In this document: in pieces, positions 17,526 to 26,405 of the stretch
How the letters are laid out: every line of letters starts with the position of its first letter
Position numbering within the stretch: the stretch's first letter is position 1
NCBI RefSeq assembly: GCF_000172995.2
Contig: NC_014729.1
Location: forward strand, 1,920,001 to 1,952,000
Reading direction: 5' to 3'
Length of the DNA stretch: 32,000 bases
DNA from: Halogeometricum borinquense DSM 11551
Lineage (GTDB): Archaea > Halobacteriota > Halobacteria > Halobacteriales > Haloferacaceae
Position numbers and translations under genes: made by a program
The notes under the pieces: model-generated
The model's database searches: none
What the model was told of the DNA's origin: nothing
What the model saw: the letters and a program-made list of their open reading frames with translations, nothing else

Positions 17526-19193
17526 TTACAACCTCGCCATATCGAACGGGAGGCCCTCCGCGCCGTCCCGTTGGAAGTCCTCGATGAGTTCGTTCACTTC
17601 GTGGTAGCCAGTGATGTTCTCTTGGATGGCGCGGCGGACGATTTCAGCACGGTACTCAACGTCATCGTAGATCTTCCGCGTGTCGTCGTACCCGAGGAGG
17701 GTCGCGATCTTCTCCTCCATGATGAAGGAGTTGTTCCGTCCCTGGAACACGATTTCGTCATCGACGGGGTCCCAGTAGAACGCCTCGCGCGTGACGACGC
17801 CGCCCATCTCCTTCGAGTAGCCTTCGATCTCCTGCACGCTGGTCACGCGGCGGAGCGTATCGTTGCCCCGTTTGACCCGGTTTTGGAACAGCGCAATGTC
17901 ACAGTTCGACATGAACGTCTCGGGGACATTGATCGGGTCGCCAGTGAAACGTTGAATCATCGAGACGATGTCGGATGCGTGGAACGTCAGCATCACCGGG
18001 TGACCGGTCTGTGCTGCCTGGAACGCCATCCGACCCTCTTCACCACGAACCTCCCCCACGATGATGTAGTCGGGGCGCGAACGCAGCGCGGCCGCAACGA
18101 GGTCGAACATGTCAACCTCAGAGTCCGCACCGCGGCCTTCGCGCGTGAGGAGTTGCTGCCACGTATCGTGCGGCGGCAGCACCTCCGCGGTGTCCTCTGC
18201 GGTGTAAATCTTCGAGTCTTGCGGGATAAACGAGAGGATCGCGTTGAGCGTCGTCGTCTTCCCAGATGCCGTCTCGCCAACAACGAAGATGGTCCGCTCG
18301 TTCTCTAACGCCATCCAGAGGTAGCCGCACAACTCCGGCGAGAGCGTCCCCCACTTCGTAATCTGGAATATCGACAGCGGAACGTCATCGCCCTGACGGA
18401 TGGTGAGGCTCGACCCTTTCAGCGACACGTCGTCGGAGTAGATGATGTTGATACGCGACCCGTCCGGGAGCGTCGAGTCCACGATGGGGTGTGCGTCGGA
18501 AACGGGGTCACCGATGCGTTCACCCATATTCCGAAGCCAGTTGTCGAACTGGTCTTTCGAGCCGAACTCGACTGTCGTCTCCAACAGACCGTAGACACCG
18601 TGGTCCACGTCGACCTGTTGGGGACCGATCACGTGAATGTCCTCGTTCGCCGGGTCGCGCATGATGGGTTCGAGCGGCCCCAGACCTACGATGTCGCGCA
18701 CCAAGCGGTACTGTATCTTCTCGTAGGTCTCCTCTGTGATCTGCATGGGCCCAATATCCAACCGTTGGATGAGTTCGTGGACCCGGCCCGTTTGTTTGCC
18801 TTCGAGGACGACAATCTCCTCCAGCAACTCCTCGATACGGTCCTCGTACTCCACGTCACCCTCCGGTGCGGGCTTCGATACGGAACGTTCGAGCAGTTTG
18901 TCTTTCACCTGATCGAATACCTCCTGTTCCTCCTCGTCGAGTTCCGGTTCGATAGCGTAGTACTTCGTCGTCTCCCCGAAGTTGCCGTACACTTGGGCGT
19001 AGATTGGCCCGCCGAGGTGGTAGATGATGTTCGGACGGCGAGATTCGTACTCACCCGACGCTTCCTCGACCAGCATCGGGAACTCCCCGGTTATCTGCCG
19101 GAAGCGCTTGAGGTGATCGCGCAGGTGCCCCCAGCGCATCGCGTGCTGTTTCAGGTCGTCGGACAGTTTCGCAGAGCCGTGTTCGGTCGCCAT
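17526..19193 (-). CDS. arlI: Archaellum motor/assembly ATPase ArlI (FlaI)
   Basis: 555-aa type II/IV secretion-family ATPase. Walker A VVGETASGKTTTLNA, Asp and His boxes (IIVGEVRGEE ... TGHPVMLTFHA). The stop of arlH abuts its ATG. Confidence 0.95.
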   Translation of the reverse strand: MATEHGSAKLSDDLKQHAMRWGHLRDHLKRFRQITGEFPMLVEEASGEYESRRPNIIYHLGGPIYAQVYGNFGETTKYYAIEPELDEEEQEVFDQVKDKLLERSVSKPAPEGDVEYEDRIEELLEEIVVLEGKQTGRVHELIQRLDIGPMQITEETYEKIQYRLVRDIVGLGPLEPIMRDPANEDIHVIGPQQVDVDHGVYGLLETTVEFGSKDQFDNWLRNMGERIGDPVSDAHPIVDSTLPDGSRINIIYSDDVSLKGSSLTIRQGDDVPLSIFQITKWGTLSPELCGYLWMALENERTIFVVGETASGKTTTLNAILSFIPQDSKIYTAEDTAEVLPPHDTWQQLLTREGRGADSEVDMFDLVAAALRSRPDYIIVGEVRGEEGRMAFQAAQTGHPVMLTFHASDIVSMIQRFTGDPINVPETFMSNCDIALFQNRVKRGNDTLRRVTSVQEIEGYSKEMGGVVTREAFYWDPVDDEIVFQGRNNSFIMEEKIATLLGYDDTRKIYDDVEYRAEIVRRAIQENITGYHEVNELIEDFQRDGAEGLPFDMARL

Positions 19194-19942
19194 TATGCAA
19201 CACTCCTGCTTTCGATGACGATGCCGATTCCCGACCGGACCGAGAACCCGATTCGGTCACCGACCTGTTCGCCCATCCCCGCAAAGCGCTTCACGAAGAT
19301 GTTCCGACGCACGTCGTTCCCGACCTCGACCATCTCCAACTGAAGGTACACGTCCGCGATAGACCGGAACGGTCCGATAGCGTCCTCGTCCACAGTGGAG
19401 GGGTCAACGGTGAGTATGATAGTCTTGTTCTTCGTCGTCAGCTCGCGGAAGAACGAGATAATTTCGAGAGCGGCCTGTCGCTCTTCGTTCTGACGAACGA
19501 GTGCTTCGAACTGCGGGTCGTTACGCAGGATGGCGTCGAACGTGTCGATGATGGTCACGTCCGCCTCCCACAGCGTCTCGGCCTCCATGAGTCGCCGGAG
19601 GAGTTGTTTTCGCTCGGAGGCGTTTCCGCCGGTTAGCGCGCCGGAGGCGTCTATCTCGGCCGGGATGAAAAGCACTTCCTCGTTGAGCAAGGGCTTCACC
19701 ATATCGTACTCCAGCGAGTGCATCTGGTCGAGGAAGCCACGGACGCCCAACTCCGTGGAGATGAGGGACGTAACGATATCCTCCTGACTGAACCCGTAGG
19801 TAAACCGCTGTGAGAGGACACTCTTTCCGGCACCATAGTCCCCTTCGATGAGGACGATGGCCCCGCGTGGGATCCCTCCACCGAGTTCTTTCTGCAACCG
19901 GTCGTGCTGTTGTAACCCGAGTGAGAATTGATTTGATTTCAT
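19193..19942 (-). CDS. arlH: Archaellum KaiC/RecA-like ATP-binding protein ArlH (FlaH)
   Basis: 249 aa with Walker A GDYGAGKS; lies between arlG and arlI. Confidence 0.9.
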   Translation of the reverse strand: MKSNQFSLGLQQHDRLQKELGGGIPRGAIVLIEGDYGAGKSVLSQRFTYGFSQEDIVTSLISTELGVRGFLDQMHSLEYDMVKPLLNEEVLFIPAEIDASGALTGGNASERKQLLRRLMEAETLWEADVTIIDTFDAILRNDPQFEALVRQNEERQAALEIISFFRELTTKNKTIILTVDPSTVDEDAIGPFRSIADVYLQLEMVEVGNDVRRNIFVKRFAGMGEQVGDRIGFSVRSGIGIVIESRSVA

Positions 19943-19945
19943 AGA

Positions 19946-20398
19946 TTACGTCCTGAATCTGAACGTCTCTTCGTCGCCGTCAACGACGAGTTTCACGCGA
20001 TGGTCTTCGTTATCAGCCAACGACAGGTCGCCGATGACGACTTTGACCACGCCGTGCGGTCCCCAGTGGGAGTCGCCGTCGGCGACAGTAACCGTGACAT
20101 TGGTTCGGTACTGTGCGTTCACGATGACGTCGAACGTCTGTCCAGTCGCCGGAAGGGTTCGCGTACCGGTGTTCTTCACGTACAGCGTGAGGTTCCCGGA
20201 ACCGGAGTCGTACACTGACGACTCGGAGTCGCTGATAATTTCTACGTCGGTACGGATGTTCTTCGACACGTCCGCTCCCCGATCATCGAGGGCGCTACTG
20301 ATGTCCGTCACCGTGTTGATAAGAACGCCCGAAACGCCTGCAGCGATAACGAGGCTGGCGATGAACAGGATGAGCGTCGGTGCGGAGACGTCTGCCAT
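19946..20398 (-). CDS. arlG: Archaellum stator-associated protein ArlG (FlaG)
   Basis: 150 aa. An N-terminal TM helix (APTLILFIASLVIAAGVSGVL) is followed by a beta-rich soluble domain (LTLYVKNTGTRTL). Position is between arlF and arlH. Confidence 0.8.
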   Translation of the reverse strand: MADVSAPTLILFIASLVIAAGVSGVLINTVTDISSALDDRGADVSKNIRTDVEIISDSESSVYDSGSGNLTLYVKNTGTRTLPATGQTFDVIVNAQYRTNVTVTVADGDSHWGPHGVVKVVIGDLSLADNEDHRVKLVVDGDEETFRFRT

Positions 20399-20401
20399 CG
20401 G

Positions 20402-20854
20402 TTAGACCTCCTCCAGCGTCGAGTTCGAGTCAGTGACGCCGTTTTCGGTGACTATCTTGACCCGTTTCGGTTCGTTGTCTACGGTGAGTTCGATCAGGAG
20501 CGTCTCGTTGGGTGCCCAGATGTCGGTGCCCGACGTACCATCGACAGTTCGCGTGGACCCGCTCGGCTGCTGATACTCGTTATTCACGAGGACCGATGTG
20601 TCGTTGGCCGACAGCGTCAGCGTTCCCGTATTCTTGACACGGATGTCCATCGGATAGGTTCCGCTGTTGTTGCTGTAGGTGACCGACGTGACGTTTATGC
20701 CCGTGTTGCGCCGTTCGAGCAGGTGTTCGCTGTTCGAGTCCTCAGCGTCGTTGAGCATTTCTGTCGTGTCCGACACAGTGGTGTACAGCGTCCCCGTAGC
20801 GATGAGTACGCCGAGGAAGATGATCGCCGTGGAACCACTAACGCCGAAGCCCAC
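20402..20854 (-). CDS. arlF: Archaellum stator-associated protein ArlF (FlaF)
   Basis: 150 aa. An N-terminal TM helix (STAIIFLGVLIATGTL) is followed by a beta-sandwich-like domain (IRVKNTGTLTL). It overlaps the arlCDE stop by 17 nt. Confidence 0.8.
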   Translation of the reverse strand: MGFGVSGSTAIIFLGVLIATGTLYTTVSDTTEMLNDAEDSNSEHLLERRNTGINVTSVTYSNNSGTYPMDIRVKNTGTLTLSANDTSVLVNNEYQQPSGSTRTVDGTSGTDIWAPNETLLIELTVDNEPKRVKIVTENGVTDSNSTLEEV

Positions 20855-22208
20855 GGTGACCCCCTCCTCGGTGCGACAGCTCTTCGAGCAGACGCGCCTC
20901 GGCGACGTCGCCCGCGAGTCGGCTGACGTACGTGAGGCTTTCTTTGTGGTGTTCGACGCGGAGGTCTTGTGGTTCCTCTGCCGTCGTCGAGGCGGCGGCG
21001 TTGCGAACGTGCGCGTTCATCTGTTTCTCGACGGTACGCGAGATCCATTCTTGTTCGCGGTACTGACGGAGCGCACGCGCAGCGCCGATTGCGCCACCGA
21101 CAGACACGAGGAATCGAGTCCATTCCAACGCGACTGACTCCGCGACGTAGCTTGCAGGTAACGACGCGAGGTAGACATCCGATGCTTCGTCCGTCTGTTG
21201 GGATGTCTGGTCGGCGGTCGTTTCGGCAAACTCGAACGAACCAGTATCGTCCGTCTCGGTCGTTGCAACTGGTTCGTCCGTGAGTTCCACGTCGTCTTCG
21301 GTGTCCGGTTCGCCTGCTTCGAGTTCTTCCTCCAACGTTTCTTCTTCTTCTTCTTCTTCCGACTCCGCATCTTCCTCGCCAACGAGTTCCTCTGTTGTCG
21401 GAATATCGTCATCCTCGACAGCTAAGTCGTCGGTGTCGAGAGGCGAATCATCGACCTCTTCGTCTTCTTCTTCGTCTTCTTCGTCCCACCCCTCCTCCTC
21501 TTCGTACTCGGATTTCAGATCGTCGAAGCTCGACCCACCGCTGGCCTCTTCTTCGTCATCCTCGACAACCGGCTCCTCGTCTCCGAGAATCTCCTCTGCG
21601 GGATCCTCCCGCTCGTTCTCGGCGAGTTCGTCTTCGGCGGCCAACTCCGCTTCTTCGGACTCTTCTTCGAGTTCACCGAAGTCTTCGTCGAAGAAGCTCT
21701 CTGCGTCCGCAGACGCGACATCGGGGTCGAGATGTTCCTCTTCTTCTTCTTCGGCGTCGAACAGACCGAACGACCCGCCGCCTTCTAGCCCACCCATCTC
21801 GCGGGCGTCGTCAACGAACGGGTTGATTCCGCGAGTGACCATCTCGTAGATGTCGAGCAGTTTGCGGACGGTATCGTCGAGTTCTTCGACGGTTTCTCCG
21901 ATCTGTTTGTTCTCTTCGCGGACGGTGTTGACGCTGGAAGACGTGGCACTGACCTCGTTCTCTAGGTCGGAGACGCGGTCTTCCAGTTCGGCGATGGTGT
22001 TGGGATCGACGTCCCCGCCGCCCCCTCCACCGAAGTCTCCGCCGTCGTCGTCGAAGCCTTCCATGTCGTCGTCTTCGAAGTCTCCGAAGTCGTCTCCGAA
22101 GTCGTCGAGGTCCTCGTCGAATCCGAGGCCGTCGGTTGCAAGACCGGTCCCCTCACCGTCAGACCGCGTCTCTTCGTCTTCCCCGTCTATCCAATCCATC
22201 ATTCCCAT
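20838..22208 (-). CDS. arlCDE: Fused archaellum switch protein ArlCDE (FlaC coiled-coil + acidic linker + FlaD/E domain)
   Basis: N-terminal FlaC-like coiled coil (IAELEDRVSDLENEV ... LLDIYEMVTRGINPF), a ~180-aa poly-Glu/Asp linker, and a C-terminal FlaD/E domain (YLASLPASYVAESVALEWTRFLV ... ALRQYREQEWIS). GGAGG lies 8 nt upstream of the ATG. Confidence 0.82.
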   Translation of the reverse strand: MGMMDWIDGEDEETRSDGEGTGLATDGLGFDEDLDDFGDDFGDFEDDDMEGFDDDGGDFGGGGGGDVDPNTIAELEDRVSDLENEVSATSSSVNTVREENKQIGETVEELDDTVRKLLDIYEMVTRGINPFVDDAREMGGLEGGGSFGLFDAEEEEEEHLDPDVASADAESFFDEDFGELEEESEEAELAAEDELAENEREDPAEEILGDEEPVVEDDEEEASGGSSFDDLKSEYEEEEGWDEEDEEEDEEVDDSPLDTDDLAVEDDDIPTTEELVGEEDAESEEEEEEETLEEELEAGEPDTEDDVELTDEPVATTETDDTGSFEFAETTADQTSQQTDEASDVYLASLPASYVAESVALEWTRFLVSVGGAIGAARALRQYREQEWISRTVEKQMNAHVRNAAASTTAEEPQDLRVEHHKESLTYVSRLAGDVAEARLLEELSHRGGGHRGLRR

Positions 22209-22361
22209 CCGTCTCGCCTCCGTTGTGGGTGGGCCGATCGGCCCCGCTCACCGGTCAACGAAACGCGGCCCTCACACCGCTGTTCCGTCGGTTCCCGATC
22301 GGATGGGCACTCCGACGTCGGGGAAACAGGTAGCATTGACTCAATTGTACAGTCATCAGTA

Positions 22362-22397
22362 CAAGAATGTTGCCACCAAATTATCAGCCGTGATATG
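22362..22397 (-). promoter_or_regulatory. arlCDE-operon promoter module (palindrome + 12 nt + weak TATA-like box)
   Basis: Gene-oriented CATATC-ACGGCT-GATAAT (22380-22397), then ttggtggcaaca, then TTCTTG (22362-22367). The 14-mer TTATCAGCCGTGAT is identical to the cheW/cheB site. Confidence 0.4.
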
Positions 22398-22452
22398 GCA
22401 TCACGACAGATCCGTTTGCTCTTTTGCGAACGCTTCAGACCGTGTGAGAAGA

Positions 22453-22488
22453 ATTATCCGCTTGGAAGACTGATGAGCGTACCGATAG
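22453..22488 (+). promoter_or_regulatory. Possible degenerate copy of the element upstream of the KaiC-like gene
   Basis: ATTATC-CGCTTG-GAAGAC (22453-22470), then 12 nt, then CGATAG (22483-22488) centred ~26 nt before ATG 22511. The proximal half-site matches only 3 of 6 positions. Confidence 0.2.
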
Positions 22489-22510
22489 CCTACACGGAGG
22501 GTCATCATCT

Positions 22511-23257
22511 ATGCCAGAGTTCGTAAAAACCGGAGTCGAAGGCCTCGACTCCATCCTAAACGGCGGCATCGTCAAGAACGCCGCGGTACTCATCAGCGGC
22601 AACCCCGGTACGGGGAAGAGTATCCTCGGTCTGCAGTATCTCTACAACGGCGTCGACAAATACGACGAAGGAGGAATCTACCTCACCTTCGAGGAAGCCG
22701 AAGACGACATCCAAGAGGCGGCAGAGTCCATCGGATTCGACCGGTGGTCGGAGTACGTCGAGGAAGGGAAGATCAAAGTGTACGATAAGCGCACGCTACT
22801 TCGTGACGGCGACTTCTCTTCGACGCTCGACCGGATCCTCGGCGACCTCCAGGACACGTCGTACGACCGACTTGTCCTCGACTCGCTAACGATGTTCCAA
22901 CTGTTCTTCGAAGACGAAAAGGAACAACGACAGTACCTCCTCAAGTTCATCGACATCCTGAAAGATAGCGACCTGACCTCGCTTTTGACTACCGAACAGT
23001 CTGCTATCTTCCCCGAAACGGAGATTGGACTGGAGAACTTCCTCACCGACGGGAACATCTACCTGATACAGAGCCCCGCCGGTGCGACGAGTAATCGGTA
23101 CGTCTGGGTGGCGAAGATGCGGAAACAGTCGATCAAGAATTCGATGTTCCCCCTCGAAATCAACGAGGGCGGGATTCAGATATACGAACAAGCGGCTGGC
23201 TTCTCGATGGTCGGTGAGTCGCCGCCGTGGTTCGGCGACGAGGGCGACTTAGAGTAG
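22511..23257 (+). CDS. Single-domain KaiC/RecA-superfamily ATPase
   Basis: 248 aa: TGVEGLDSILNGGI, Walker A GNPGTGKS, Walker B-like RLVLDSLT. Divergent from the arl operon and convergent with the archaellin genes. Confidence 0.85.
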   Translation: MPEFVKTGVEGLDSILNGGIVKNAAVLISGNPGTGKSILGLQYLYNGVDKYDEGGIYLTFEEAEDDIQEAAESIGFDRWSEYVEEGKIKVYDKRTLLRDGDFSSTLDRILGDLQDTSYDRLVLDSLTMFQLFFEDEKEQRQYLLKFIDILKDSDLTSLLTTEQSAIFPETEIGLENFLTDGNIYLIQSPAGATSNRYVWVAKMRKQSIKNSMFPLEINEGGIQIYEQAAGFSMVGESPPWFGDEGDLE

Positions 23258-23284
23258 TCTGATAAGGACGGTTGATCTGCGTAC

Positions 23285-23310
23285 CGATAATCGTATCACG
23301 GTGATTATCG
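23285..23310. repeat. 26-nt near-perfect palindrome built from GATAAT/ATTATC half-sites, in the convergent gap
   Basis: CGATAATCGTATCACGGTGATTATCG: 8 perfect base pairs plus 2 wobble pairs around a 6-nt centre. Lies between the KaiC-like stop (23257) and the archaellin stop (23511). Confidence 0.5.
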
Positions 23311-23510
23311 GGAGAGACGACAACCATCCTTATGAGGCCCTTCGAGCATCTTCACACCCGTTCTGCGGCCGTCTGTTTCCTAACGACAGCCATGTCTGCG
23401 TGATGAGGGCCACGCACTGGCGCTCTCGCTTGGATAGTGCTGCCGCTCTCAGGTTGATCTCTGCCAGAAATGAGTTGGAGTCGAAAGGCGATTCGAGGGC
23501 GTCGTCGAAC

Positions 23511-24149
23511 TTAGAGTTCGATCGGGTCGCCCGCGTTCTTACCGGCGAGTTGCTGGGGCATCGTCAGGATAACCTGCGTCGTGCCACCCGTACGACTCGT
23601 GATTTCGAGCGTGACCGAGTCACCGGTGTTGAGACCGTTCGAGTGACCCGCGTCGTTCGTACCGGCTTCGATATCCGAGGTGTTGATGGTTGCAACGTAG
23701 CGGTCGTTCATGCTGTTGAGAACACCGAACGATCCGTCATCGTCGGTGACCTTATCCAGACCAAACTCGTTAGCGTCGGCGGTCTTAACCGTTCCGTCGC
23801 CGTCACTCGTTGTCTGGTTCGTCAGCGTCTGCACCGTATCCGAACTGAGGTATTTCACCGACGTCTCGTTCATGTCCACACTGCTGGACCCGGCTGCCAG
23901 ACGGACGGTCATGTTGATGCTACGAATCGTGTCGTCACCGACGACGCCGTGGGTGTTGAGCACCTCGACGCGGTTGGTGACCTTGTTTACGCTCTGTTCT
24001 CCCGCGTCTTCTGCAGTCGCCTGCAGGAAGCCGGCCGTGTTCACGAGGACCCCCGCGGCGATTGCCGCGACGAGGACCATCGCGATGAACACGATGAGCG
24101 TACCGATACCGACCTGACCGCGGTCGTCGTTGTTGAATTTCTCGAACAT
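23511..24149 (-). CDS. Archaellin (ArlA/ArlB family; FlgA/FlgB in haloarchaeal naming), short type, duplication unit 1
   Basis: [43 protein letters not shown] is a class III signal peptide with an RG/QVGIG cleavage context and a hydrophobic N-terminal helix. ATG 24149 chosen over TTG 24158. Confidence 0.93.
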   Translation of the reverse strand: MFEKFNNDDRGQVGIGTLIVFIAMVLVAAIAAGVLVNTAGFLQATAEDAGEQSVNKVTNRVEVLNTHGVVGDDTIRSINMTVRLAAGSSSVDMNETSVKYLSSDTVQTLTNQTTSDGDGTVKTADANEFGLDKVTDDDGSFGVLNSMNDRYVATINTSDIEAGTNDAGHSNGLNTGDSVTLEITSRTGGTTQVILTMPQQLAGKNAGDPIEL

Positions 24150-24161
24150 TTTATTCAATCC

Positions 24162-24842
24162 TTAGAGAGCGATAGGGTCGTTGTCATTCTTGCCCGCGAG
24201 CTGCTGGGGCATCGTCAGGATGACCTGCGTCGAACCACCGGAACGGCTCGTAATCTCGAGCTTCACGGAGTCGCCAGTGCTGACACCGGCGCCGTTACCT
24301 TCAACGACCGACGTGTTGATGATCATCTCGTAGCGATCGGCCTGTCCGCTCAGCACGGGGAACGAGGTGTCGTCACCGTCTTCCAGCGCGTACGCCGCGA
24401 ACTCCGTGTTGTTCAGACCGTCGTTGCCGAGCGCCGCTGCGCCATCGTACTTACTGACGTTGCCGAGCTTCGTGCCGTCGGCGTCCGTCGTCGCGTTGTC
24501 GTACACGAGGTTCCGTGCCGTGGTCCCACTCACGTACTTGATGGTGGTGTCTTCGAGTGAGACACTGCCGGAACCAGCGGCGAGTCGAACCGTCAGGTTC
24601 AGACTGTCGACCGCGAGACCGTCACCGGTATCGTTGACGATACCGTGCTCGCTAACGACGTCAACACGGTTAGTGACCTTATTCACACTTTCCTGCCCCG
24701 CGTCCTGTGCAGTCGCCTGCAAGAACCCGGCCGTGTTCACGAGGACCCCGGCAGCGATTGCTGCGACGAGGACCATCGCAATGAACACGATGAGCGTACC
24801 GATACCGACCTGACCGCGGTCGGTGTCAAATTCTTCGAACAT
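24162..24842 (-). CDS. Archaellin, long type, duplication unit 1
   Basis: [42 protein letters not shown]. Several N-x-S/T sequons (NLT, NAT, NVS, NNT, NTS). Start trimmed to ATG 24842. Confidence 0.93.
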   Translation of the reverse strand: MFEEFDTDRGQVGIGTLIVFIAMVLVAAIAAGVLVNTAGFLQATAQDAGQESVNKVTNRVDVVSEHGIVNDTGDGLAVDSLNLTVRLAAGSGSVSLEDTTIKYVSGTTARNLVYDNATTDADGTKLGNVSKYDGAAALGNDGLNNTEFAAYALEDGDDTSFPVLSGQADRYEMIINTSVVEGNGAGVSTGDSVKLEITSRSGGSTQVILTMPQQLAGKNDNDPIAL

Positions 24843-24862
24843 AGGTTGTATATCTCCAGTTC

Positions 24863-24894
24863 GGTCCCCCACCCCCTCGCCGGAGGAGAAGACC
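24863..24894 (-). promoter_or_regulatory. 32-nt 5'-leader hairpin of archaellin unit 1
   Basis: mRNA sense GGUCUUCUCCUCC-GGCGAG-GGGGUGGGGGACC. A pyrimidine arm pairs with a purine arm; 12 of 13 stem positions pair, 4 of them as G-U wobbles. Identical to the copy at 26347-26378. Confidence 0.4.
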
Positions 24895-24921
24895 TACGAT
24901 GGTGACAATCAGATTGACATA

Positions 24922-24957
24922 CATAATCCTACGGCTCTAATTATCCAATTTGATATC
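24922..24957 (-). promoter_or_regulatory. Archaellin unit-1 promoter module
   Basis: Gene-oriented GATATC-AAATTG-GATAAT (24940-24957), then tagagccgtagg, then ATTATG (24922-24927). Confidence 0.45.
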
Positions 24958-25000
24958 TAGAAGAAGAGTTCCGAAAGGCGATACGAGAGCGTCGGCGAAC

Positions 25001-25636
25001 TTAGAGTTCGACCGGGTCGCCCGCGTTCTTACCGGCGAGTTGCTGGGGCATCGTCAGGATGACCTGCGTCGTGCCACCCGTGCGGCTCGTTATCTCGAGC
25101 GTCACCTGTTCTCCGGTCTTGAGACCCTTGTCGTGGTTGGCGCTGTCGCCCGCTTCGACCTTGGTCGTGTTGATAGTGACGCCGTAACGGTCGTTCATGC
25201 TGTTGAGCACGCCGAACGATCCGTCATCGTCCGTCACCTCAGTGAGGGCGAATTCGTCGGAGTCGGCCTCTTGAATCAGGCCCTCCGAATCGTCGTCGGT
25301 CTGGTTCGTCAGCGTCTGCACCGTCGTCGCGCTGAGATACTTCACCGACGTCTCATTCATATCCACACTGCTGGAACCGGCCGCCAAGCGGACGGTCATC
25401 TGGATGTTGCGAATCGTGTCGTCGCCAACCTCGCCGTGGGTGTTGAGCACCTCGACGCGGTTGGTGACCTTGTTCACACTTTCTTGTCCGGCGTCTTCTG
25501 CAGTCGCCTGCAGGAAGCCGGCCGTGTTCACGAGGACCCCCGCGGCGATTGCCGCGACGAGGACCATCGCGATGAACACGATGAGCGTACCGATACCGAC
25601 CTGACCGCGGTCGTCGTTGTTGAATTTCTCGAACAT
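25001..25636 (-). CDS. Archaellin, short type, duplication unit 2
   Basis: Same N-terminus as 23511-24149 and the same C-terminal [26 protein letters not shown]; the central domain is diverged. Confidence 0.93.
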   Translation of the reverse strand: MFEKFNNDDRGQVGIGTLIVFIAMVLVAAIAAGVLVNTAGFLQATAEDAGQESVNKVTNRVEVLNTHGEVGDDTIRNIQMTVRLAAGSSSVDMNETSVKYLSATTVQTLTNQTDDDSEGLIQEADSDEFALTEVTDDDGSFGVLNSMNDRYGVTINTTKVEAGDSANHDKGLKTGEQVTLEITSRTGGTTQVILTMPQQLAGKNAGDPVEL

Positions 25637-25648
25637 TTTATTCAATCC

Positions 25649-26326
25649 TTAGAGAGCGATGGGGTCGTTGTCGTTCTTGCCCGCGAGCTGCTGGGGCATC
25701 GTCAGGATGACCTGACTGGAACCGCCGGAGCGGCTCGTAATCTCGAGCTTCACGGATTCACCAGTGCTGAGTCCTTTCGTCGGGGTGTCTTCAACGACAG
25801 ACGTGTTGATGACGATTTCGTAGCGGTCGCCCTGATTGCTGAGAACAGGGAACGACGTATCGTCACCGTCTTCGAGTGCGTACGCCGTGAATTCCGTGTT
25901 GTTCAGACCGTCGCTACCGAAGTTCTTGTCGTTCGCACTGACGTTACCGAGCGACGTGCCGTCGGCGTCCGTCGTCGCGTTGTCGTACACGAGGTTCCGA
26001 GCCGTGCTATCACTGACGTACTTGATGGTGGTGTCTTCGAGTGAGACACTGCCGGAACCAGCGGCGAGTCGAACCGTCAGGTTCAGACTGTCAACAGTGA
26101 GTTCATTGGCTTCGTCGTTGACGATACCGTGGGTGCTGACAACGTCAACACGGTTGGTGACCTTATTCACACTTTCCTGTCCTGCGTCCTGTGCAGTCGC
26201 CTGCAAGAACCCGGCCGTGTTCACGAGGACCCCCGCGGCAATTGCCGCGACGAGGACCATCGCAATGAACACGATGAGCGTACCGATACCGACCTGACCG
26301 CGATCGGTGTCAAATTTTTCGAACAT
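25649..26326 (-). CDS. Archaellin, long type, duplication unit 2
   Basis: [20 protein letters not shown] ... C-terminus [30 protein letters not shown]. Paralog of 24162-24842. Confidence 0.93.
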   Translation of the reverse strand: MFEKFDTDRGQVGIGTLIVFIAMVLVAAIAAGVLVNTAGFLQATAQDAGQESVNKVTNRVDVVSTHGIVNDEANELTVDSLNLTVRLAAGSGSVSLEDTTIKYVSDSTARNLVYDNATTDADGTSLGNVSANDKNFGSDGLNNTEFTAYALEDGDDTSFPVLSNQGDRYEIVINTSVVEDTPTKGLSTGESVKLEITSRSGGSSQVILTMPQQLAGKNDNDPIAL

Positions 26327-26346
26327 GTGTTGTATATCTCGAGCTT

Positions 26347-26378
26347 GGTCCCCCACCCCCTCGCCGGAGGAGAAGACC
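26347..26378 (-). promoter_or_regulatory. 32-nt 5'-leader hairpin of archaellin unit 2
   Basis: Same 32-mer as 24863-24894. It starts ~3 nt after the TATA-predicted TSS and ends 20 nt before ATG 26326. Confidence 0.4.
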
Positions 26379-26405
26379 TACGATGCTGACAATCAGAGTG
26401 TCGTA

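Noticed and set aside
21280-21849. 189-aa poly-Ser ORF on the + strand
   Set aside because: Antisense reading of the GAA/GAG-rich acidic linker of arlCDE; not a real gene.
23301-26044. Long + strand ORFs (23301-24560, 419 aa; 24950-26044, 364 aa)
   Set aside because: They are antisense to the four archaellin genes. The products are Arg/Val/Asp-rich without recognisable domains, and the opposite strand encodes unmistakable archaellins.
668-26356. N-terminally extended starts given by the ORF track: 668, 2126, 7966, 8754, 24158, 24872, 25645, 26356 (27739, 29413 and 30284 were treated the same way)
   Set aside because: Of those checked (668, 2126, 7966, 8754, 24158, 29413, 30284), all use GTG/TTG codons. 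They add non-conserved residues ahead of canonical N-termini such as the archaellin MFEKF/MFEEF or the CheY receiver start. Internal ATGs fit TATA spacing or SD-like sequences better.
26351-26360. G-runs (GGGGGTGGGGG on the mRNA strand) as a possible G-quadruplex
   Set aside because: Only two long G-runs are present, so a canonical four-run quadruplex is not possible. The complementary pyrimidine tract makes a hairpin the simpler explanation.
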